Source: Verrucomicrobiota bacterium (GTDB taxonomy: Bacteria; Verrucomicrobiota; Verrucomicrobiia; Opitutales; Coraliomargaritaceae). From it: a stretch of DNA of 64,000 nucleotides. The position numbers and the translations under genes are program-made. Positions 55,640 through 64,000 of the stretch are shown here, in pieces. Under the pieces are notes generated by a model. That model ran no database searches. It saw only the letters and a program-made list of their open reading frames with translations, and was not told the origin of the DNA. How positions within the stretch are numbered: position 1 is the stretch's first letter; every line of letters begins with the position of its first letter. The DNA lies in NCBI GenBank assembly GCA_039815375.1, contig JBCBZJ010000011.1:1-64000 (forward strand), given 5' to 3'.

Positions 55640-57022
55640 ATGAATACAGAGACTTTAGTAAAAATCCTAAATTTTTCTTTGGCCTTCAGCACATTTTTTT
55701 GTGGGAAAATACAGGCAGAACCACTACAGCAACCTAACGTCGTCATCATTTTACTGGATGATTCCGGGTATGGAGACTTCCATCCATTTGGTGATCCACC
55801 GTATGAGACACCGAATGTTGAGCAGCTCGCTGCAGAAGGTATGCGCTTGAACAATTTCTATATTCCTCAAGCAGTCTGCTCCGCCTCACGTTCCGCCTTG
55901 TTAAGCGGCTCTTTACCTGGTCGCACAAAGGTATTCGGAGCGCTCGGCCCAAAAGACGAAGGGCTTGATCCGAAATTCATGACTATGGCGGAAATGTTCA
56001 GGAAGAACGGATACACAACAGCACATTTCGGCAAGTGGCATTGTGGTGACACACCGGAAACGCGCCCTATGGCTAGAGGCTTTGATGAACATGCCGGTCT
56101 CATGTACTCGAATGACATGTGGAAACATCATCCCAAGAACCCGGAGCATTGGGGCAAACACCCGCTGGAGTACTGGGAAAATGGCAGAGTTAAAATTACC
56201 GACGTTTCAAACAAAGATCAGACGCAACTGACGACATGGTCTACCGAATACGCAGTTGATTTCATTCATCGGAGCAGTGAAAAGCCTTTCTTCCTCTATC
56301 TCGCCCATTCGATGCCACATGTGCCGATATTCTGTAGCGATAAATTCCTCGGTAAATCCGGGGTCGGTTTGTATGGAGATGTGATCATGGAGCTCGACTG
56401 GTCAGTCGGAGAGGTCATGGCCGCAATCAACGATGCAGGCGTCGGACGAAAGACGATTGTCATTTTTACTTCCGACAACGGACCATGGTCTGATTATGGA
56501 GACCACGCTGGCATTACGCCATTCAGAGCATACAAGACTACCAGCTTCGACGGTGGGATTCGGATGGCAACAATCATGAAATACCCCGAAAAAATTCAGG
56601 CAGGCTCTGAGATGCATCGGATCACTAGCTCGATCGATCTTCTGCCGACCCTTGCTCACCTAACCCACACACCGCTTCCAGATAATGAAATCGATGGCAA
56701 AAATATATGGTCAATCATCTCGGAAGAACAGGGCACAGACCTTGCCCATGACTATTATCCAATCTCAACCGGAAGGAAGCTGGAGGCAATCATCAGTGGC
56801 GACGGGCAGTGGAAGTTGCATTTGCCGCACAATTACAGGCATATCCTTAAAGCAGGCAAGGATGGCAAGCCCGGACAGACGAGCAGACGTGCCATTGAAC
56901 TATCACTTTTTAATCTTGGAGATGATCCCACTGAATCCAACAACCTGATTGACCAATATCCGGAAATTGCCACGAAACTAAAAGCTTATGTAGATCAACA
57001 TAAACAGAGATTCTACGAGTAG
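55640..57022 (+). CDS. Secreted S1 sulfatase (arylsulfatase A-like)
   Basis: QPNVVIILLDDSGYGD, CSASRSALLSG, GKWHCG, YSNDM, MPHVP, TSDNGPW, LFNLGDDPTE. Confidence 0.96.
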   Translation: MNTETLVKILNFSLAFSTFFCGKIQAEPLQQPNVVIILLDDSGYGDFHPFGDPPYETPNVEQLAAEGMRLNNFYIPQAVCSASRSALLSGSLPGRTKVFGALGPKDEGLDPKFMTMAEMFRKNGYTTAHFGKWHCGDTPETRPMARGFDEHAGLMYSNDMWKHHPKNPEHWGKHPLEYWENGRVKITDVSNKDQTQLTTWSTEYAVDFIHRSSEKPFFLYLAHSMPHVPIFCSDKFLGKSGVGLYGDVIMELDWSVGEVMAAINDAGVGRKTIVIFTSDNGPWSDYGDHAGITPFRAYKTTSFDGGIRMATIMKYPEKIQAGSEMHRITSSIDLLPTLAHLTHTPLPDNEIDGKNIWSIISEEQGTDLAHDYYPISTGRKLEAIISGDGQWKLHLPHNYRHILKAGKDGKPGQTSRRAIELSLFNLGDDPTESNNLIDQYPEIATKLKAYVDQHKQRFYE

Positions 57023-57193
57023 GTAAGCGAAGCAATTCTAACAAAATGCGTCTTTCGCTAGTCATTCAGATGAAACGTAGACGTAATCCCGATTAGCAGA
57101 GCGCTCATTGCAGGTTTCCTAGGCCTCGCATCTGTAATGGTGCGTAGACGCGCTTAAGTAAACATACCTATTGCTGGTTAAAGATACTTTATC

Positions 57194-57226
57194 AGGCCGC
57201 GGTCGTTCACGATTGCGGCCTTTTTT
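57194..57226 (+). terminator. Rho-independent terminator
   Basis: AGGCCGCGGTCG-TTCA-CGATTGCGGCCT followed by TTTTT. Confidence 0.85.
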
Positions 57227-57404
57227 GTTTTTGCATCATATGTCTAAGGGTGTTGCTCGAGAAGTAATACCAATTTGAAAAAGTTTTGGCGCTATATTGA
57301 CCTCAAGTTTCGAACTTTTTTACTTGATCTATTGAAGCCTGTAATTAGATTATTTGTTTAATCAGTTAAATTTTACTTCTAGTTCTACTGTCCAAATCAC
57401 TATT

Positions 57405-58127
57405 ATGAAGAAATCTAACGTTTTCGTGTCTTTATCTGCGTTTGTGTTGTTTAGCTCCATTTCAACAGCACAGACCGATATCATTCTTGCGCTCGACTTT
57501 GAATCGGGGACGCCAACAACAAATGTTGATACCGATTGGACTTCCTTTGTTCCCACAGAAACTGGTGGAGGCAGCCTTGCCAGTATTACTGTTGGAGCTA
57601 TAACATTTACTCAAACTGCAGATGTAGGTGCGAATGATGCTAGTAGTGGCGCTACCGGCTTTTTTGGTGCGGTCCCGTTATTAGCAGGAGGAGAGACATT
57701 TCTCCAAGATGGAATGGCGTCGCAACCGGCACTTGGCGGCTATGGTACTTTTGAAATTTCCGGTCTAGATGTTGGAACGGAGTACTTATTTCAGTTTGTC
57801 GGCGACATCAATTTCTCGGGAGCTGACACAGGCGGAAAGCTATCTCGTGACCTAACTATGACAATAAACGGGACTGATTCGGTTGACCTCTGGCCAGGTG
57901 ATGATGCTCCAAATGGTTCCAATAGACTCTTAGCCTATTCGCAGGCGATCTCATATACTCCAACCACCACTGATCCTATTGAAGTTGCCTTTACGGCCAA
58001 TGGAGCTGGTAACAAATATGTATCCGGTCTGATTGTTGCGACAATTCCAGAACCATCTACATACGTGCTCCTTGCCGGACTGACCGTATTTAGCTCAATT
58101 GTGCTACGTCGGAATCGTCGCAAATAA
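57405..58127 (+). CDS. PEP-CTERM sorting domain surface protein (start revised to ATG 57405)
   Basis: MKKSNVFVSLSAFVLF signal peptide; C-terminal IPEPSTYVLLAGLTVFSSIVLRRNRRK. Confidence 0.92.
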   Translation: MKKSNVFVSLSAFVLFSSISTAQTDIILALDFESGTPTTNVDTDWTSFVPTETGGGSLASITVGAITFTQTADVGANDASSGATGFFGAVPLLAGGETFLQDGMASQPALGGYGTFEISGLDVGTEYLFQFVGDINFSGADTGGKLSRDLTMTINGTDSVDLWPGDDAPNGSNRLLAYSQAISYTPTTTDPIEVAFTANGAGNKYVSGLIVATIPEPSTYVLLAGLTVFSSIVLRRNRRK

Positions 58128-58154
58128 TACTTAAGAGTTAAACTAAGCTTTCTT

Positions 58155-58189
58155 AGGCCGTAGTCTCTGGAGACTACGGCCTTTTTTTT
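58155..58189 (+). terminator. Rho-independent terminator
   Basis: AGGCCGTAGTCTC-TG-GAGACTACGGCCT followed by a T run. Confidence 0.9.
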
Positions 58190-58297
58190 GGTAATTTCAC
58201 TAAATTACCTCCAGAATGTTAAATTCATGGGCAGTTTTACCTCGAAGACCCAAGCCCAGTTCAGCTCCCCGGCTCGCCACACTCAAAAAATGAGAAC

Positions 58298-60454
58298 ATG
58301 CGTCTACCCCAGTATCTATTATTTATAGTCTATTATGTTCACTCAGCCACGGCCCTGACGATCCAGTTTGACGTTGGAGCCTCATCGAGTAGTTTTTTTA
58401 CACTCACATTGAATGCCTCAACCGGCAGCTTGGTCGCCTCTGATCCGGAATTCAGCCCAAGTAGCGCGGGCACAATTGGCGGCACAACTTCCGGCAGCAC
58501 ATTCGCCGTTTCGATTACCGGCATCGGTAACGTTGACGGAACCAGTCCTTTTGATCCGGACACATGGACCGGTGGCGATGACAGTCAATCTATTGCCTTG
58601 CAAACTCAAGGCCTCGGCATCGTTGGGGATAGCAATAACAACGTCCAGCGAGGTGAGGCATTCGTGCTTGAATTCGATCTCAGCAGTCTTGCCGCGAACG
58701 ATACTGTCTATTTGACCGGAACCGGGTTTAACATTGATTTCTTTGAGGTCTACAAGCGCAATGTATCGGTTCCGATCGGCACTTCCGGTGCCGGGGATAA
58801 GATCTCAGGCACTCCAGCATCATCGTTTACCTTTAACGAAGAAGTTCAAACAGATGACCAGTTTCTCATCTACGGCACCGTTGGTTCCAATGGTCCTAGA
58901 TGGACTAGCCTATCGCTGGAAGTTGTTTCAATCGAGCCAATCATTCCCGAGATACAAAGCATCTTCATGCTCGAAGGCGGCAAACAGCTGAGGTTTGACT
59001 GGACTTCATCGTTCGGCCAACAGTTCGACATCACAAAGAGTGAAACACTGGAGCCAACGGACTGGGTGCTCGACGTCGAGAGTCTGCCCGCCTCAGCCAA
59101 CGGCACCACAAGCTACACCGTTGACACCACTTCCAGCCCATCAGCTGAGTTTTACAAAGTTCAGCTCAAAGAGGAACGCATTCCCCTCCCGAACGTCATC
59201 CTACTATTTGCCGACGACCTCGGCTACGGTGACCTCGCCTGCTATGGTCATCCCTATGCGAAAACGCCCAATCTGGATCGCCTGGCAGCACAAGGCACCC
59301 AATTCATGAAGTTCAATGTCACAGGTGCAACCTGTAATCCAAGCCGAACAGGATTACTCACCAGTTGGCTTCCTCAAGCCTACCCGCTCAATACCGGAAC
59401 TAGCGGATTCAAACAAGCTGAGTTTGGCTACTTTGATCGGGTCACGGTTACTGAACTCTTAAAGAGCGCAGGCTACACAACCGCTCTTATAGGAAAATGG
59501 CATATTGGGAAACCTGAACCGACTGACGCATTTTATGAGCCCTATGGATTGGACTACGTCAGTATCAGAGGAGGAGGAGGCAAAGCTCTGCGGGGTCGTG
59601 ACGAAGGGATATACGAGGAAGCCATTGAATTCATTGAAGCAAACTACGAGGAGCCGTTCTACCTGAATGTTATGGGGCGAGTGACGCACAATCCCGTCGA
59701 TCCCAGACCTGAGCTAGTGGTATCAGCCGGTTTCAGCGATCTGGTCGTCGACCGTGATGAGTTTAAAGGCAGCCAAATTCAAGGTATGTTCGACAGGGTC
59801 GAAACCGCAACCGTCGGCGACCAGAGTATCCATACCAGTATGGCCAATTACCTGACCGAGGTCTACTATCTGGATCAATTCATCGGCGAGCTTCTCGACA
59901 AATTGGACGAGCTTGGCATCGCCGACAACACCATCGTCATGTTCTCCAGTGACCAGGGAGCGGCACCGGTGGGTCCCAGTGTCGAACGCGAAACCAACCT
60001 CGTCGGCTATTCCGGCGGACTGCGCGGGCAGAAGCATACACAGTATGAGGGAGGCCTTCGCTCCCCATGCATCATGCGCTGGCCGGGATTCATCCCCGCA
60101 GGCAAAGTCAACACCGAATCGATTTTCTCTGCCCTGGACTGGCTGCCGACTCTTTGCCGGATTGCGGACGTCCCAATTGACAGCAATGAATTTCATGGCG
60201 AAGACGTTCTTGATATCTGGATGGGCTCCGACCGCTCACGAAACGGCCCACAGTTCTGGAAAAATTCGCTTAAGTATTTGAATGATAACGGTGAGTGGCG
60301 CTGCTACTTTCAGAATAACAGTCAAACCCCAATTGAACTCTACAACCTATCTATTGATATCGCAGAGACCAACAATCTACTCGATGAAGAGCCGGAGCTA
60401 GTCGAGCAATTGATCGAAATATGGGAAGCCTGGACAGCAACACTCCCTGAATAA
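58298..60454 (+). CDS. S1 sulfatase with ~290-aa N-terminal accessory domains
   Basis: Signal peptide, Ser/Thr/Gly-rich beta domain, then LPNVILLFADDLGYGD, CNPSRTGLLTS, GKWHIG, SSDQG, YEGGLRSP. Confidence 0.92.
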   Translation: MRLPQYLLFIVYYVHSATALTIQFDVGASSSSFFTLTLNASTGSLVASDPEFSPSSAGTIGGTTSGSTFAVSITGIGNVDGTSPFDPDTWTGGDDSQSIALQTQGLGIVGDSNNNVQRGEAFVLEFDLSSLAANDTVYLTGTGFNIDFFEVYKRNVSVPIGTSGAGDKISGTPASSFTFNEEVQTDDQFLIYGTVGSNGPRWTSLSLEVVSIEPIIPEIQSIFMLEGGKQLRFDWTSSFGQQFDITKSETLEPTDWVLDVESLPASANGTTSYTVDTTSSPSAEFYKVQLKEERIPLPNVILLFADDLGYGDLACYGHPYAKTPNLDRLAAQGTQFMKFNVTGATCNPSRTGLLTSWLPQAYPLNTGTSGFKQAEFGYFDRVTVTELLKSAGYTTALIGKWHIGKPEPTDAFYEPYGLDYVSIRGGGGKALRGRDEGIYEEAIEFIEANYEEPFYLNVMGRVTHNPVDPRPELVVSAGFSDLVVDRDEFKGSQIQGMFDRVETATVGDQSIHTSMANYLTEVYYLDQFIGELLDKLDELGIADNTIVMFSSDQGAAPVGPSVERETNLVGYSGGLRGQKHTQYEGGLRSPCIMRWPGFIPAGKVNTESIFSALDWLPTLCRIADVPIDSNEFHGEDVLDIWMGSDRSRNGPQFWKNSLKYLNDNGEWRCYFQNNSQTPIELYNLSIDIAETNNLLDEEPELVEQLIEIWEAWTATLPE

Positions 60455-60586
60455 ACTAGCTTAGTATGTCGGCAGCCCAGCTTCTGGCAGGAAGCACAAA
60501 CTCCACTTGCAATTTTTCCAGCAACAGACTTGTGCTGACGTTGTATCTGCTAACCCAGAGTATAAACACAGCACCCAACAAGTGAT

Positions 60587-60602
60587 TTGGCAATTTGACC
60601 GA
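60587..60602. promoter_or_regulatory. Palindromic operator copy
   Basis: TTGGCAATTTGACCGA, followed by a partial second site ACAATTTTACC; TACACT at 60639-60644. Confidence 0.6.
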
Positions 60603-60730
60603 TACAATTTTACCTTTTCGCGACTCTTTCCTAAGTGTTACACTAGTAAGGCTTAAGAGATTAAACCAAAAGCCCTCGATTACTATCAAAAGTCATTTCA
60701 GGGCCTGAGCTCGATATGACTAAACGTTTC

Positions 60731-62155
60731 ATGAAAAAAAAATTCGTTTTACTCTACATTCTAAGTTGCATCATCAGCAGCACAGTATTCTCAAACACCC
60801 CCAACATCATCTACATCAACACCGATGATTGGGGGATCGGTAAAGTGCCATGCTACGGACTGGATGAGGCCAGTGTGAAAAGCCTTAGGACTCCCAATCT
60901 GGATCGCTTGCGTGCAGAGGGCATGCTCTTTACCCGCGCCTACGCAGGCAACGCCGTATGCGGCCCCTCCCGCAATAGCCTTATAACCGGAAAACACGGC
61001 GGACACGCCGCCTGGCGCGCCAATGCCCCGAGGATGTCTGCCGCGATCTGGCCGCCGAAGGATCCGATGTTGGGCGAGGTGGCCCGCCAAGCAGGCTATA
61101 ACACTGCAGCCTTTGGCAAAATCAGCGCGGGAGGTCATCACAAACCCGAGGACATCACCAGGGTGGGCTGGGATTACTGGATGGGCTATCTCGGGCACAT
61201 TGATTGCCGCTCGTTCTACAATAATCATATTTGGGTCAATGAAGAGAAAACCCCAATTCCTGAAAATGATCCGGAAAAGCTCAAACCCCATGTGCCGGTG
61301 CTCGGCGAACACGGCGTCTTCACCGAAGACCTTTATACCGATACCATCATCGACTTTATGGGCAAGAGCAAGCAAGAGGGAAAACCCTTCTTCGTCTACT
61401 ACGCAAGCTGCGTGCCACATGGAGATTCTAGCAAAATCCCATTCAATGGCCTCTGGGTCCCAGATATGGAAGGCTACGATCAAATGCCATGGAAAGAAAG
61501 GGAACAGCTCTATGCTGCACTCATCACCCGCCACGACCGCAATGTCGGCCGCCTGATGGACGCAGTGAAGCAGCTCGGTATCGAGAAAGATACGATCATC
61601 CTATGGACTTCAGACAATGGCGACGAAAACAGCTATTACGGCAAGACCAATAGATGGAAGGGCAACGGCCCCTTCCGCATGTTCAAGCGCTACCTTTACG
61701 AAGGTGGTATTCGAGTCCCCTTGCTGGCCTGGTGGCCCGGCACTATCGAGCCTGGAAGCACCTGCGACCTGCAGACTACTCAGTATGATCTCATACCCAC
61801 CATCGCGGACATCGGTGGACAACCAGTCACAGAAGCCATGGACGGAATTTCAATCTATCCTACCCTAAGAGGACAACCTGCCCGACAAACCGAACGCGAC
61901 TATCTCTACTGGGAATTCTATGAGAAACTGCCACAACAGGCGGTCCACCTGAACGACCACTGGAAGGCTTACAGAGCTAATGGAGCCAACGGGAAATGGG
62001 AGCTCTATGATCTATCCAAGGATATCGGAGAGGAGCACGACCTCGCTGCCCAACATCCCGAAATCATCAAACAAATCGAAGCGATCGCAGCCAAGGAGCA
62101 CACCCCCCACCCGAAATGGAAACTTCCTGGCATCGATACCAGGGCATCCAAATAG
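60731..62155 (+). CDS. Secreted S1 sulfatase (start 60731 or 60716)
   Basis: TPNIIYINTDDWG, CGPSRNSLITG, TSDNG, LYEGGIRVP, YLYWEFYE, WELYDLSKDIGE. Confidence 0.95.
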   Translation: MKKKFVLLYILSCIISSTVFSNTPNIIYINTDDWGIGKVPCYGLDEASVKSLRTPNLDRLRAEGMLFTRAYAGNAVCGPSRNSLITGKHGGHAAWRANAPRMSAAIWPPKDPMLGEVARQAGYNTAAFGKISAGGHHKPEDITRVGWDYWMGYLGHIDCRSFYNNHIWVNEEKTPIPENDPEKLKPHVPVLGEHGVFTEDLYTDTIIDFMGKSKQEGKPFFVYYASCVPHGDSSKIPFNGLWVPDMEGYDQMPWKEREQLYAALITRHDRNVGRLMDAVKQLGIEKDTIILWTSDNGDENSYYGKTNRWKGNGPFRMFKRYLYEGGIRVPLLAWWPGTIEPGSTCDLQTTQYDLIPTIADIGGQPVTEAMDGISIYPTLRGQPARQTERDYLYWEFYEKLPQQAVHLNDHWKAYRANGANGKWELYDLSKDIGEEHDLAAQHPEIIKQIEAIAAKEHTPHPKWKLPGIDTRASK

Positions 62156-62216
62156 TAGGTGCCTGATCAGAGTAACAACGAATTTGCTGGACGCACTCAA
62201 TTCAGGCCAAACCCTT

Positions 62217-64000
62217 TTAATCAGTGGCGATATAATCCCTATCGGCCTGCGAGAGTTGTTCGAGACGAACTTCGCGCCGCGAGCCATTGAGTTCCTCCAA
62301 GATCACAACACTGCCTCGTATTGAAACCAAGCGTGCCTGGATCTTGCTACCAGCAGTACTGGTCCAAATGCGCGTTTCCATTTTTGGGGCCGACTTTACT
62401 GCAGATGTATCCTCAAGGAAAGCGCGGTCTTGAGGCGAGAGCTGATCGATACCAATGGTCAGGCGTCGACCATTCGAACCTTCAAGTGTAACGGAAGTCC
62501 CCTCACGCCGAATCAGTTTCGCTTCCAACTGGCTCCCTCTGGCACTGGTCCAGCTGCGCATTTCATTGGCGTCCGTTTTTTCACTAGCTGCAGTCGAACT
62601 TCTGGAACTCGGTGGCACCTGGTTTGCGACAATAGCAGATGATGTGGGACGGCTGCTGTTTACCGTTAAAGGAAGCGACAAAACCGGCCCCGGCGCATGA
62701 ACAGTGGCAACCGCTGATTCCGATCCGGCACTTACCGTAACTTGCAATATGTATTGGCCTGCAGCCGTGAAATCAGCATCCGTTTGTAACGCGTTCGGAT
62801 TTTTGAAAGTAACTTCTCCGGGACCAGACAATTTCTCCCAGCGCACGCTTATGCCTGCATCCAACATCTCCAAATCACGCACGCGTGCTTTAAGATTAAC
62901 CGGTCCGTCCGCGAACTCACGATTCGACCAGGCTACGACCCGCGGACCGAACAACCCATCGCCGTTCCAATCATAAAGTGGCGACCAGATCTGACCGGCT
63001 GCCTGTGCAGGTAGAATGACATCCTGCAGGCCACCCCAGCCAACCCGATCCCGGAGTTGGGTATAGTAGAGTGAGCGTGGCGTTACGTTGTTTCCGTGCG
63101 ATTCAATAATACCCTGTGGTTGCTTGGCTTTTAGCGCATAGCCGTCCTTTAATGGGCCAATACAACCGACACTGTAACTTTGTGCCCCGACCGGTGCATC
63201 GCAAATGACCGCCAAGGCATGACAATTCCACAACATCATAGTCACACCCGTCCAGCCGTGGCCGCTTCGCCCACCCTCGCCCCGATTACGGACTTCGAGG
63301 CGGTGTGTGGTTTTAACATTGTCATAGAGATGGCCCTTAGCCCAACCCAAGTGCGGACCACTGGAGCCACTGCTGCGATCGCCGCGCATATCCACAAATG
63401 CATTCGGCCCCGGCGTACCGGAGCCGGTTTGGATAAAGCGCTGGTTATTATATGAATACAAACGCTGTAGTAACAAATTCTGCGGGCCATCGATTCCAAA
63501 ACAGGAACGCGCCAAGCCACTGAGCGGTGCCACCTGATGGATGTTCGCCGAGTCTTCAATCGTGCCGAAAATGCTGGTGCCGGTTGTCTTAACGAGGAAA
63601 TCCCGGAAATACTGTCCGACCACCTGACGCACCCAGAAGTTTCGGCAGGATTCAATACGAACCGGATGCTGCGGGTGCTCGTCGCTGATAAAGCTCTCGA
63701 TCACCGCTTCGAAACGAATGGCCTCAAGGCCAATATTCCGCACCGCATTCGCCTGCATGGTTTTAACCGCACTAAGCTCCCCGTAACGGGTGTTTAACGG
63801 CTGTATAATGGTGGAGTCGACGGTGATCCCGTCACCCTCGATAGCCGTGATCTGGTGTCGATTTGTTATAACGCGTCCGGGCTTGTCCCAGGCGGTGGCA
63901 ATATCCTCGATCCAAAGCTGGTTGGTCTTGATCGACACCGCAATCTCATCACCCACCTTGAATTTGGAAGCATCGGAGACCCGGAAGCCCTTTGCCCCGG
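62217..64000 (-). CDS. Partial (5' end outside window) beta-helix, putative polysaccharide-lyase-like protein with a PKD-like domain and two C-terminal SHD1 domains
   Basis: The frame is open to the window edge (GAKGFRVSDASKFKVGDEI). Motifs: SGPHLGWAKGHLYDNV, GHGWTG, PRSLYYTQL; WEKLSGPGEVTF; twice RxWTSxxGSxxxAxL...QLSxxDRxF/Y. Confidence 0.8.
   Translation of the reverse strand, partial: GAKGFRVSDASKFKVGDEIAVSIKTNQLWIEDIATAWDKPGRVITNRHQITAIEGDGITVDSTIIQPLNTRYGELSAVKTMQANAVRNIGLEAIRFEAVIESFISDEHPQHPVRIESCRNFWVRQVVGQYFRDFLVKTTGTSIFGTIEDSANIHQVAPLSGLARSCFGIDGPQNLLLQRLYSYNNQRFIQTGSGTPGPNAFVDMRGDRSSGSSGPHLGWAKGHLYDNVKTTHRLEVRNRGEGGRSGHGWTGVTMMLWNCHALAVICDAPVGAQSYSVGCIGPLKDGYALKAKQPQGIIESHGNNVTPRSLYYTQLRDRVGWGGLQDVILPAQAAGQIWSPLYDWNGDGLFGPRVVAWSNREFADGPVNLKARVRDLEMLDAGISVRWEKLSGPGEVTFKNPNALQTDADFTAAGQYILQVTVSAGSESAVATVHAPGPVLSLPLTVNSSRPTSSAIVANQVPPSSRSSTAASEKTDANEMRSWTSARGSQLEAKLIRREGTSVTLEGSNGRRLTIGIDQLSPQDRAFLEDTSAVKSAPKMETRIWTSTAGSKIQARLVSIRGSVVILEELNGSRREVRLEQLSQADRDYIATD

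Noticed and set aside
57264..57300. GTAATACCAATTTGAAAAAGTTTTGGCGCTATATTG, reminiscent of an IS/MITE end
   Set aside because: There is no matching second end, target duplication or transposase in the window, so it cannot be supported without a search.
57194..58189. Two hairpins with shared AGGCCG...CGGCCT stems flanking a PEP-CTERM gene, considered as REP or mobile cassette ends
   Set aside because: Both are adequately explained as intrinsic terminators with U-tracts, and their inner stems differ.
58190..58209. GGTAATTT-CACT-AAATTACC inverted repeat after the terminator
   Set aside because: It is a single short AT-rich occurrence with spacing different from the main operator, and could be chance.
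60791..61534. 247-aa minus-strand ORF, and many other 60-180-aa antisense or alternate-frame ORFs throughout the window
   Set aside because: They lie fully inside well-supported genes, have no recognisable motifs, and are expected shadow ORFs.
1..64000. CRISPR array, transposase, integrase, phage or defence genes
   Set aside because: I saw no regularly spaced repeat-spacer array and no such protein motifs. The recurring palindrome is dispersed and promoter-linked, not arrayed.

Overview
This is a bacterial accessory region, most likely from a marine PVC-superphylum organism. Verrucomicrobiota/Opitutia is suggested by the VPEPSSYALLAG-type PEP-CTERM tails, SHD1 domains and dense sulfatases; the taxonomy is an inference. 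Almost everything from ~0.1 to 62 kb is on the + strand. (i) A tRNA-Leu(UAG) at the left edge has its 5' end fused directly to a 5'-truncated sulfatase. (ii) A 17-kb, 9-gene, translationally coupled MoxR AAA+/DUF58/BatA-VWA/VWA-GATase/DUF4159/DUF4175-like cluster has putative carbohydrate-binding inserts in its large subunits. (iii) There are three PEP-CTERM surface proteins. (iv) A sulfated, fucose-containing polysaccharide degradation arsenal includes 8 intact Cys-type S1 sulfatases, a GH141-like protein, two GH95, GH2, a DUF5060/DUF4038/DUF5605 protein, DUF1080, an FAD oxidoreductase and two candidate lyases. No transporter, regulator, sulfatase-maturation enzyme, integrase or CRISPR array was recognised. 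The strongest non-coding signal is a 16-bp palindrome (consensus TCGGYAAWWTKACCGA) found at least 7 times, always intergenic. In six cases it abuts the -35 box of a 17-bp-spaced sigma70-like promoter, which links the MoxR cluster, two PEP-CTERM genes and the sulfatase/CAZyme operons into one putative regulon. Other signals are a ~200-aa module and a C-terminal export-like domain shared between unrelated enzymes (with a decayed third copy), a TonB-like/PA14 protein, and several gene scars. All domain calls come from motif recognition by eye, not from database searches.
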